Sequence record: OM728297.1
DNA length: 40,000 bases
Source: Bacillus phage vB_BsuM-Goe21
Direction: 5' to 3' (one strand)
The stretch's first letter is position 1. The number at the start of each line of letters is the position of its first letter. Below the pieces are notes generated by a model, which ran no database searches, was not told the DNA's origin, and saw nothing but the letters and a program-made list of their open reading frames with translations. Position numbers and translations under genes: made by a program. Positions 9,004-16,712 of this stretch are shown piece by piece.

Positions 9004-9531
9004 ATGATAATTGAGAAAGAAGGTAACTTGCTTGAAGCTGAGGAAAATATAATTGCGCACCAAGTAAATTGTCAGGGAGTTATGAGATCTGGTATTGCGT
9101 TACAGATTGCTAAAAAACATCCTCTTATTCTTAAAAAATATAAAGAAATTTGTAAGTCAACAAAGCCGGAAAATCTACTTGGTGAATGTCAAATTATTCT
9201 TGTATCTCGTAAATCTCCTTTTAGTGAAGAAGATGATTTATTTACTTATAATAGTACAAAATATTTTGTAAATCTATTTTCACAATTTGGATATGGTAAT
9301 AAGGGAAGATATACACGATATTCTTATTTAAAAGAATGCTTAATAACACTAAAAGAATTTGCAAAACCTCATAATTTATCTATAGCACTTCCATATAAAA
9401 TTGGTTGTGGAAGAGGTGGAGGAGATTGGATAAAAGTTAGAAAAATAATTAATGATGTTTTTGATGATTATGATGTGACATTATATAAATTTGATGAAAG
9501 AAAGTTAGAGTCTCAATATGGAAAAAGATAA
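9004..9531 (+). CDS. Macro-domain (ADP-ribose-binding) protein
   Basis: EGNLLEAEENIIAHQVNCQGVMRSGIALQIAKKHP and IALPYKIGCGRGGGDW match macro-domain ligand-loop patterns (Poa1/TARG1/DarG-like). Confidence 0.85.
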   Translation: MIIEKEGNLLEAEENIIAHQVNCQGVMRSGIALQIAKKHPLILKKYKEICKSTKPENLLGECQIILVSRKSPFSEEDDLFTYNSTKYFVNLFSQFGYGNKGRYTRYSYLKECLITLKEFAKPHNLSIALPYKIGCGRGGGDWIKVRKIINDVFDDYDVTLYKFDERKLESQYGKR

Positions 9532-9682
9532 TCTAAGAGAATGGATTAAAACATTTAGGTGGGTAAAGAAGAATCCTTTATATGCTGTACAGAGATTATT
9601 TCATTATGAAGAAATAATTGAAAGACGAGATAACACTATTAAAGAATTAAAATTAAAAATTAAGAAATTAGAGGGGAATTAA
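9518..9682 (+). CDS. Small ORF, 54 aa (MEKDNLREWIKTFRWVKKNPLYAVQRLFHYEEIIERRDNTIKELKLKIKKLEGN)
   Basis: Continuous ORF spanning the gap, basic and helical; overlaps previous CDS by 14 nt; below track cut-off. Confidence 0.5.
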   Translation: MEKDNLREWIKTFRWVKKNPLYAVQRLFHYEEIIERRDNTIKELKLKIKKLEGN

Positions 9683-9684
9683 CT

Positions 9685-9921
9685 ATGGGAAAAGAAGTAA
9701 CATTTGAGATAGTAAAAGAATTAGGAGTACTTTCAGAGGGTAAAAATGGTTGGACAAAGCAGGTTAATATTGTTAAATGGAATAATGGAAAACCTAAATT
9801 AGATATTCGGGATTGGAATGAAGACCGAAGTAAGATGGGTAAAGGAATTACATTAAATTATGATGACGTTCAACTATTATCTGACATTTTAGAAGATTGT
9901 AAAGATGATCTTGATATCTAA
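9685..9921 (+). CDS. YdbC/PC4-like ssDNA-binding transcriptional coactivator domain protein
   Basis: FEIVKELGVLSEGKNGWTKQVNIVKWNNGKPKLDIRDWNEDRSKMGKGITL closely matches the YdbC family pattern. Confidence 0.8.
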   Translation: MGKEVTFEIVKELGVLSEGKNGWTKQVNIVKWNNGKPKLDIRDWNEDRSKMGKGITLNYDDVQLLSDILEDCKDDLDI

Positions 9922-9966
9922 TTGATATCAAGATCTCTTATTACATAATTAGGAGGATAATTTAAA

Positions 9967-10248
9967 ATGGAAAAACAATATTTCTTAGAATTCGTTCACA
10001 ACACTATTAAAGAAAATCCTGATTGGTTGGGGGAGGCAGTTCTTTATATGCAGGATGGTCTTAAAAGATCATTAGAAGAAGAAAGACAAAAAAGAAATGA
10101 TGCTGAATATGCATTAGTAATGGCATATGATATGTTAAGCGAGAAAAAATTAAATAGTCGCCCAGCTAATCATACTGCCATTAAGAAAGTACTGAAAAAT
10201 AGTTCTGCCTTCCAAGGTACTGCTTTTGTAGAAGAATTAGATGTATAA
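9967..10248 (+). CDS. Hypothetical protein
   Basis: ORF with AGGAGG SD. Confidence 0.7.
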   Translation: MEKQYFLEFVHNTIKENPDWLGEAVLYMQDGLKRSLEEERQKRNDAEYALVMAYDMLSEKKLNSRPANHTAIKKVLKNSSAFQGTAFVEELDV

Positions 10249-10312
10249 TATAGGAAATAATTTCAATATAAATGAAATATAGCAACAAAAAATTTTAAAG
10301 GAGGAATTAACA

Positions 10313-12358
10313 TTGGATAAACTTAAAATTCAGAAATTCATTATGAGTCTTAAACAAAAGAAAAATTTGAGTGCAGAAAAATTAGAAGAGGTCAAATCAT
10401 TTCTAGATAAGGCTTCAGAAGCCTATTATAACACTGGGCAAGAAATCTTATCTGATGATGAATTTGATGCCATTGCCAGAGAATTTAAACGTTTGGGTGG
10501 TAAATTAGATGTAGGCGCTAATCCACCTAAAGGAAAAGGAACAGTAGATGTATCTCATACATTTGCTGAGTTAGTTGGTACATTAGATAAAACAAATTTT
10601 ATTTATGAAAAGAACGTTGATGATCCAAGCAAGAAGAGTGTAGAAGAATGGCTAAACAATATTATCAAAAAGTTAGGGAATGATAAAGAATTTAGTCTAG
10701 GTATCAGTTTTAAATTTGATGGTAATTCGGTTGTTATTGAATATAAAGATGGAAAAGTAGTTAGAGCATTAACAAGAGGTAGAAATGGTCTAGGAATGGA
10801 TTTAACTCATGTCTTTAAAGATCATACTATTAAAAGAAAAGATCATGTAGGAATCAAATATGAAATCATTATTCCTTGGAAACGTTATGAAGACTTAATG
10901 AAAGATACTGGTGTGTCATATGCTAATCCTAGATCATTAGTATCTGGTAAATTAGGTGACGATAATGCTTATGAGTATTATAAATATATGGAATTAGTTC
11001 CATTATGGATAAAACCTTACAATTCAACAATGGAAAGAACTGAACAGCTAGAATTTATTGAAGAAGCATTTGGGGAAGATAATAGTTTATTCAGTGATTA
11101 TAGATTGATTGAAGGAGTAACAGGAAATAATTTAACTCCTTTTATGGAAGAATTAGAAGATATGTATGAAAAATATAATATTGAAAGATATAATCTTCCA
11201 TTTATGATAGATGGTTTAGTTATTGAAGTATTAGAAGAAGATATTAGAAATACATTAGGGTACGTGAATGATGAACCTAACTGGGCAACTGCTTTAAAAT
11301 TCCCTTATATGGAAAAAACTACTACTGTAACTGATTTTGATTTTACATTAGGTGACTCAGGAATTATTACTGCAAGAGTCTGGTATGAACCAGTAACTTT
11401 TAATGGAACTGAACACCGAAAACAATCCCTTCAGAACTATAAGAGATTTAAAGAGTTAGGTTTAGGAATTGGTAGTCAAATTCTAGTTCAGTATCGCAAT
11501 GATTGTCTTAGCTATGTTGTTCCAATTTTAAATGAGCACAATAAAAATATCACCCCTCACCCTTATACTGATAAATGTCCAGTATGTAGTGGTGAAGTTG
11601 GGATTACTAAAACTGGTGCTTTCGCCTATTGTAAGAATGAAATATGTGAAGGTAAGACAGTAGGTAAAATTCAGAACTATTTAACTAAGATGGATATTAA
11701 AGGGATTAAAGAATCAACTATTGTCAAACTTCATAATGCAGGATTAGTAAAAAGTATCACTGATCTTTATACAATGGATTATGGAAAGATTGCTGAAGTA
11801 GACGGTTTAGGTGCAATTGCTTCAATTAATATTAGTGGTGCTATCAATAGTAAAATTCCATATGACTATGAAATTATTGGTGCATTAGGTATTAGTAGTT
11901 TTTCTACATCCAAAGCTAAAGAACTTTGTAAAGTATTTTCTGTTCAAGAAATGCTTGATATACTTGAGTATTACTATCCTGAAAATCTAATTAACAGTAT
12001 TACTCAACAAGAAGGATTTTCTGATATTACCGCTAACTATATTGTGGAAGGCTTACAAAAGAATAAAGAAACTATTGAATTTTTATTAAAAAGAGAACAC
12101 AAAGTCTTTAAAACAGAATATGAAAAAATGGCTGGAGTACAAGCTATGAAAATTGTTTTTACTAACTTCCGTGATGAAGCAATGCAAATTCAATTAGAGA
12201 TGGCTGGTCATAAAATTACAAGTGCAGTCTCAAGAAAAACTAATATTGTCGTAACCCCTAATCCAAACGGAAATACAGTTAAATTAAAGAAAGCAAGAGA
12301 ATATGGAATCCGAATTGTAAGTGTAGATGAGTTCAAAGAAGAAATGGGAATTAGCTAA
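10313..12358 (+). CDS. ligA: NAD-dependent DNA ligase
   Basis: TTG start after AAAGGAGG; adenylation motif KFDGNSVVIEY, TRGRNG, Cys4 zinc finger CPVC...CKNEIC, HhH repeats, C-terminal BRCT-like domain (FTNFRDEAMQIQLEMAGHKITSAVSRKTNIVV). Confidence 0.95.
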   Translation: MDKLKIQKFIMSLKQKKNLSAEKLEEVKSFLDKASEAYYNTGQEILSDDEFDAIAREFKRLGGKLDVGANPPKGKGTVDVSHTFAELVGTLDKTNFIYEKNVDDPSKKSVEEWLNNIIKKLGNDKEFSLGISFKFDGNSVVIEYKDGKVVRALTRGRNGLGMDLTHVFKDHTIKRKDHVGIKYEIIIPWKRYEDLMKDTGVSYANPRSLVSGKLGDDNAYEYYKYMELVPLWIKPYNSTMERTEQLEFIEEAFGEDNSLFSDYRLIEGVTGNNLTPFMEELEDMYEKYNIERYNLPFMIDGLVIEVLEEDIRNTLGYVNDEPNWATALKFPYMEKTTTVTDFDFTLGDSGIITARVWYEPVTFNGTEHRKQSLQNYKRFKELGLGIGSQILVQYRNDCLSYVVPILNEHNKNITPHPYTDKCPVCSGEVGITKTGAFAYCKNEICEGKTVGKIQNYLTKMDIKGIKESTIVKLHNAGLVKSITDLYTMDYGKIAEVDGLGAIASINISGAINSKIPYDYEIIGALGISSFSTSKAKELCKVFSVQEMLDILEYYYPENLINSITQQEGFSDITANYIVEGLQKNKETIEFLLKREHKVFKTEYEKMAGVQAMKIVFTNFRDEAMQIQLEMAGHKITSAVSRKTNIVVTPNPNGNTVKLKKAREYGIRIVSVDEFKEEMGIS

Positions 12359-12368
12359 TATAAAATAA

Positions 12369-12400
12369 AGAGATTCTATAATAGAATCTCTTTATTTTTT
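12369..12400 (+). terminator. Intrinsic terminator between convergent genes
   Basis: AGATTC-TATAATA-GAATCT then CTTTATTTTTTTT. Confidence 0.85.
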
Positions 12401-12401
12401 T

Positions 12402-13208
12402 TTAATTTACCATGGATATAATAGCACCATTAATGGATGATACAACCTTAGATAGAGATGCTAGTATTTTAGAATTAAGTTTAATTAATTCTGAGTGAAC
12501 ATGAATGGAACTTGATCCAATGAGATAACTTAATTCATAATTATCCATTCTTGAAATTCTTTCTTTAATTACAGAAAGATTATCTTTTAATTCTTTCATT
12601 GTTCCTTCCACTTCAGCAATGTTTTTATAAGATAATTTTAAGAATGTTAATAGTTTATCAATATCTTTTGTGGTATAAGATGAACTACTCTTATTATCAA
12701 GTTTTTCACCAATTGATCGACTTAAACCATCTAAAGATACATCCATAGATGTTTTAAGAATACTAAATTGAGAAGGATCAGTAATGGTGGACATTCGATT
12801 GTGACTATCCATTAGTTTTTTATAATAAGGATCATCTGAAAATGAACTAATAGTTTTTAATATTTTATCTGGATCAATTTCAATTGTAACTTTCTTTCCA
12901 CTTGTAAAGTCACTTTCATGAATCTTCTTTTCTAATTCTGATGTCTTTTTGGCTAATTTAGAAGCAAATTTCTTAAGCTGTGTATTAATCCATTCTTTTA
13001 TCCTCTGGATAAGTTCAGACAATTTTTTGATGATCTTTTTTAATCCATTAGATAAACCCTCATTAAGTAATTCAGTATTTTCTTTAAGTAGGTTATTGTG
13101 ATGCTTGATAATTAAATTTCTTTCTTCAAGATTCATTTCATTAATTAAGTTCATTAAGAAAATGTTCTCTTCATTTAGACTAATAAGAAAGTCGGTTGTT
13201 AAGTCCAT
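12402..13208 (-). CDS. Hypothetical protein with long helical region; possible virion/internal head protein
   Basis: Minus-strand ORF; N-terminal motif TELLNEGLSNGLKKIIKKL similar to the 22772 ORF. Confidence 0.7.
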   Translation of the reverse strand: MDLTTDFLISLNEENIFLMNLINEMNLEERNLIIKHHNNLLKENTELLNEGLSNGLKKIIKKLSELIQRIKEWINTQLKKFASKLAKKTSELEKKIHESDFTSGKKVTIEIDPDKILKTISSFSDDPYYKKLMDSHNRMSTITDPSQFSILKTSMDVSLDGLSRSIGEKLDNKSSSSYTTKDIDKLLTFLKLSYKNIAEVEGTMKELKDNLSVIKERISRMDNYELSYLIGSSSIHVHSELIKLNSKILASLSKVVSSINGAIISMVN

Positions 13209-13307
13209 AAATATAAACCTCCAATTTTATACTTTTTATTAAATTGTTCTAATAGAAATATAAATATATATTATTATACTGATCAATTTGTAAAGGAGAG
13301 AATTTCA

Positions 13308-13511
13308 ATGAGTTTATCTGATTCTATTGGAGTTGGAAGAGTAACAAAATTGGATAAGGATGAATTAAAAAGAGAACTTGAAAAATTCTATAATACTTCT
13401 AATCATCCTAAAAGAGAAAAATTATTTGAACTTGCTTGGGAATATGGTCATGCTCATGGTAGCCATGAAGTAGATTTTTATTATGATGATTTAATTGATC
13501 TTATTCGATAA
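13308..13511 (+). CDS. Hypothetical protein
   Basis: AAAGGAGAG SD; divergent from the 12402-13208 gene. Confidence 0.7.
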   Translation: MSLSDSIGVGRVTKLDKDELKRELEKFYNTSNHPKREKLFELAWEYGHAHGSHEVDFYYDDLIDLIR

Positions 13512-13526
13512 AAAGGAGAGAATAAA

Positions 13527-13673
13527 GTGAAAGAAAAAATCGGTATACTTTTAGAGAAGATTAAAGATATGAACATTAATTTTAATCATGGCGGTGTAAA
13601 TCTAGTTATTAACGAAGAAGGATTTAAATTAAATGTTGCTAAGAAGGAACAAAAGAAATTAGAGAATAAATAA
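13527..13673 (+). CDS. Small ORF, 48 aa, GTG start (MKEKIGILLEKIKDMNINFNHGGVNLVINEEGFKLNVAKKEQKKLENK)
   Basis: AAAAGGAGAG SD; followed directly by a terminator hairpin. Confidence 0.55.
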   Translation: MKEKIGILLEKIKDMNINFNHGGVNLVINEEGFKLNVAKKEQKKLENK

Positions 13674-13685
13674 TTGGGAAATGAA

Positions 13686-13720
13686 AAATTAGGGAAGAAT
13701 ATTCTTCCCTAATTTGTTTA
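13686..13720 (+). terminator. Intrinsic terminator
   Basis: AAATTAGGGAAGAAT ATTCTTCCCTAATTT then GTTTA. Confidence 0.85.
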
Positions 13721-13746
13721 TACTAATATAAAAAGGAGGTTAATGT

Positions 13747-14286
13747 ATGTCTATTAAAAGACAAGATGTAATTGACCAACTATGGGAAAGAAGATCAAAT
13801 GATTATGTACTTAAAGATGATAAAGAAGAATTTGAGCTTGATGAAATAGTAAAAGTAACGCACCGTCATCAAATTTTTGAAAAAGATCTTCATGATGTTG
13901 AATTTAAATTACAGCATTTACTTGAAAGAAGTATTACATGTCCTATTTGTCAACCTAATACTCAGCATGAAGCTGGTGTAAAAGTCTTAAGAGATTATTT
14001 TAAGAATAAACTTCAATTGGTAGATGAAGAAATTCAAGAAAAGGCTATTGAAACAGATAAAGGACATGTATTTGATTTTCTAATATTTGATCGTTTAGTA
14101 ATACATTATTTTGATCCATCTTATTATGTAAACTTTACAAGAGAATCAGATGAAATGGTGGATTTAATGGCAGAATTTGTTGATTCAGATGATTATGATT
14201 TACTCCCCGTAAACTATGCTGATATTACTAATATCTTAGCAGGTGGAGATTTAGAGTTAAATCCAGATGAAGATGATGAAGAATGA
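13747..14286 (+). CDS. Hypothetical protein
   Basis: AAAAGGAGG SD; CPICQP motif, acidic C-terminus. Confidence 0.8.
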   Translation: MSIKRQDVIDQLWERRSNDYVLKDDKEEFELDEIVKVTHRHQIFEKDLHDVEFKLQHLLERSITCPICQPNTQHEAGVKVLRDYFKNKLQLVDEEIQEKAIETDKGHVFDFLIFDRLVIHYFDPSYYVNFTRESDEMVDLMAEFVDSDDYDLLPVNYADITNILAGGDLELNPDEDDEE

Positions 14287-14322
14287 CAGAAGGTTTATTT
14301 GAACCTTCTGTTATATTTATTT
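14286..14322 (+). terminator. Intrinsic terminator
   Basis: ACAGAAGGTT / AACCTTCTGT then TATATTTATTT. Confidence 0.75.
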
Positions 14323-14339
14323 AAAGGAGAGAGGATTAG

Positions 14340-15143
14340 ATGATTACTAAAAGACAAGTTGAAAGAGTATTCAAAGTTGCTTTACAAGAACAAGGAAAGA
14401 AAAATGATTACATAAGAGAAATTGCAAGAAGCTATAAAGGGCATTTTAAGACATTTAACTTCTCTGATTTTGAAAATTTTGCAAAAAATTTAGATAATAA
14501 AATGTATGAAAAAGCATTTAGAAAGTTTAAAAAAGATTTTAAAGATGATACATTAGAATTATATCTACCTTTTGATAATATGGAAATTATCTTTAATAAT
14601 GGAGATGGTTTAGTTCCACTAGGTAAGAAAGAAAGATATGAGATTATTAGAATCTTCATTACAAAGATTAAAGGAACTATTTATATTACTTCACATATTC
14701 TTGATAATGAAGAAAAGAAATTATACAATAATTATATTACTTTAGAAAATGGTATTCTTGGAGGAATTCATGGTGAAGGAATGTTATCTGATAATTTAGC
14801 ATCATTTGATTTATTTGTAAATCTAATGGTATGGCTAGATTATATCAATGGAAGTTACAGTGTAAAAATTATTGATAATAAGAGTCTTCCAAGAGAAGAA
14901 AGAAGACGTGTTAAAAGGGAATATCAAAAAGCAAGTGGCACTATTAATTTAAACTCAAAAGAATTAATTAAAAGATATATTAGGGAAAAAGAATCAAATA
15001 AAAGAGGTAATAAAATCACCAAGCAATTTGAAGTCAGAGGTCATTGGGTACACCGTAAAGATGGAACTAAATATTGGAGAAGAGGTTATGTAAAGGGTAA
15101 ACATTTGGAAGAAAAAACAAACAAAGATTATAATATTAGCTAG
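14340..15143 (+). CDS. Hypothetical protein with C-terminal VRGHWVHRKDGTKYWRRGYVKG motif
   Basis: Long ORF; terminal motif resembles the RGHWR..G..xx(I)xPYxRG tag seen in diverse phage proteins. Confidence 0.75.
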   Translation: MITKRQVERVFKVALQEQGKKNDYIREIARSYKGHFKTFNFSDFENFAKNLDNKMYEKAFRKFKKDFKDDTLELYLPFDNMEIIFNNGDGLVPLGKKERYEIIRIFITKIKGTIYITSHILDNEEKKLYNNYITLENGILGGIHGEGMLSDNLASFDLFVNLMVWLDYINGSYSVKIIDNKSLPREERRRVKREYQKASGTINLNSKELIKRYIREKESNKRGNKITKQFEVRGHWVHRKDGTKYWRRGYVKGKHLEEKTNKDYNIS

Positions 15144-15258
15144 GAGGCTTAATATTTGTTAATCAATAGTTATGTACTATTTAGAGATATCATTTTAGGA
15201 ATGCAATCTGGTTATAATGTAGTAGAAATAATTATAAATTATATTGCGGGAGAAAAAT

Positions 15259-15504
15259 ATGGAAAAACCAATTTTGGTACTTCTAGAAGGTGAGTATCAC
15301 CGTAGAAAGAATATATTAGTAACTACTGATGTAAGAAAAGTTGCAAGAGAATATATAAATTTATTATTAGAAGATGATTGGTTAAATTATCCACATGTAG
15401 AAATATGGAAAAACGGAGAGGAAATAAAATATTTTGATGAAAGAATTAAAGACGAAAAAAAGTTAGTAAAGATATTAAGTAAATATGCATATAACGATGC
15501 ATAG
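15259..15504 (+). CDS. Hypothetical protein (track start 15244 is TTG; ATG at 15259 has GGGAG upstream)
   Basis: ORF MEKPILVLLEGEYHRRKN... Confidence 0.65.
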   Translation: MEKPILVLLEGEYHRRKNILVTTDVRKVAREYINLLLEDDWLNYPHVEIWKNGEEIKYFDERIKDEKKLVKILSKYAYNDA

Positions 15505-15508
15505 TTAA

Positions 15509-15552
15509 AAAGTAATCATAGTAGATATAAGTCTACTATGATTACTTTATTT
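15509..15552. terminator. Bidirectional intrinsic terminator
   Basis: 17-bp stem AAAGTAATCATAGTAGA / TCTACTATGATTACTTT, then ATTTT; between convergent genes. Confidence 0.9.
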
Positions 15553-15557
15553 TAAAT

Positions 15558-15854
15558 TTATTTTTTTAAAGGTTCTTGAAGATGCTTTTTAAGTGTATCA
15601 AAAGTTTTAAATGAAGCTCGGCGTGAAGCAGGAATTGTCATTGGTTCACGAGTACTAGGGTTATGTCCTTCATAAGATTCACGATAAGTTACAGTAAATT
15701 TACCAAGTTTAGGAATAGAAACAGTTGTTTCTTGTTCTTTGTTAACTTCTTTGTAGATCAATCCAACAAAAGCGTTAAACATTTCCTCAGCTTGTTTTTT
15801 AGTAACTCCCGGTACTTCTTCTTTAATATGTTGTGCGATTTGATTGACATTCAT
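15558..15854 (-). CDS. HU/IHF-family DNA-binding protein
   Basis: MNVNQIAQHI..GVTKKQAEEMFNAFVGLI...VSIPKLGKFTVTYRESYEGHNPSTREPMTIPASRRASFK: typical HU family pattern. Confidence 0.93.
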   Translation of the reverse strand: MNVNQIAQHIKEEVPGVTKKQAEEMFNAFVGLIYKEVNKEQETTVSIPKLGKFTVTYRESYEGHNPSTREPMTIPASRRASFKTFDTLKKHLQEPLKK

Positions 15855-16094
15855 TATAATGTCCTCCTTAGAATTTATAATTTTTATTTTATCCTAAATC
15901 AATATCTTCTAAACAAGATTCTGATTAAGAATTTTTCTATAAATTTGTTCTAGAACCCACATATATTTTTTAATTTTTTCGAAAAATATATAGGGGAGAA
16001 CTATAGAAATTTATTTATATATTTGTTACATGCAAATTATAATATTTAAAAAGTTATGAAAATATATATTATTTATAAGATAAAATAAGTAATT

Positions 16095-16116
16095 AAAGGA
16101 GGTGTTTAAAATGTAA
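16095..16116 (+). promoter_or_regulatory. Strong Shine-Dalgarno followed by AUG-UAA start-stop element
   Basis: AAAGGAGGTG TTTAAA ATG TAA. Confidence 0.4.
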
Positions 16117-16199
16117 ATTATATTAAAATCGGTATAATAGAAAGAGAGAATTTAAATTGGGAATATACAAGTAATACAAAAATTAGGAGGAATTTCAAC

Positions 16200-16454
16200 A
16201 TGACAAATTTATCTGACATCATTGAAAAAGAAACAGGAAAAGAATTAGTAATTCAAGAATCAATCTTAATGACACCTGAAGAAGTAGAGGAAGTAATTGG
16301 GAATGCACCAAAAAGTGATATTTTAGTTCATACTGCTTATGATGAAAGCACAGATGAGAATATAATGCTTTTAACTTCAGATGCACCAGAATATAAACCA
16401 TGGGCTTTAGTGATTCAGAATAATAATGGAGAAAATAAAATTAAAATGCTATAA
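16200..16454 (+). CDS. Hypothetical protein
   Basis: TTAGGAGG SD; 84-aa ORF followed by strong terminator. Confidence 0.75.
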   Translation: MTNLSDIIEKETGKELVIQESILMTPEEVEEVIGNAPKSDILVHTAYDESTDENIMLLTSDAPEYKPWALVIQNNNGENKIKML

Positions 16455-16458
16455 GTAT

Positions 16459-16505
16459 AAATATTAGTATATAGGAGTATTCCTATATACTAATATTTCT
16501 TTAAT
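16459..16505 (+). terminator. Intrinsic terminator
   Basis: 18-bp stem AAATATTAGTATATAGGA-GTAT-TCCTATATACTAATATTT then CTTTAAT. Confidence 0.85.
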
Positions 16506-16712
16506 AAAAAAAAAATCTATTTTTATTTCCATTTTATTGAATTTTATGTTATAATAAATAGAGAACTAAAAAACTATTTTCCTAACTTTTTATGTGAACT
16601 CATAAAAATATAATATAGGTTTTGATAGGTAATAATATAAAATTAATATTATTATATATTAAATTTTAATAAAATAATTATATAATAATAATATTATAGG
16701 AGGAAAACATTT

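Noticed and set aside
14432-14659. Minus-strand 75-aa ORF
   Set aside because: Antisense within the 14340-15143 CDS; no independent support.
15156-15293. TTG-initiated 45-aa ORF with GGAGG upstream
   Set aside because: Decent SD, but overlaps the start of the 15259 CDS and lacks features; kept only as a possible leader ORF.
15663-15953. Plus-strand 96-aa ORF
   Set aside because: Antisense to the clear HU-family gene; Phe/Asn-rich shadow translation.
16219-16401. Minus-strand 60-aa ORF
   Set aside because: Antisense shadow of the 16200-16454 CDS, which has the SD and a following terminator.
16490-16700. Very AT-rich stretch considered as a replication origin
   Set aside because: No iterons, DnaA-box clusters or other origin hallmarks visible; AT-richness alone is not evidence in this genome.
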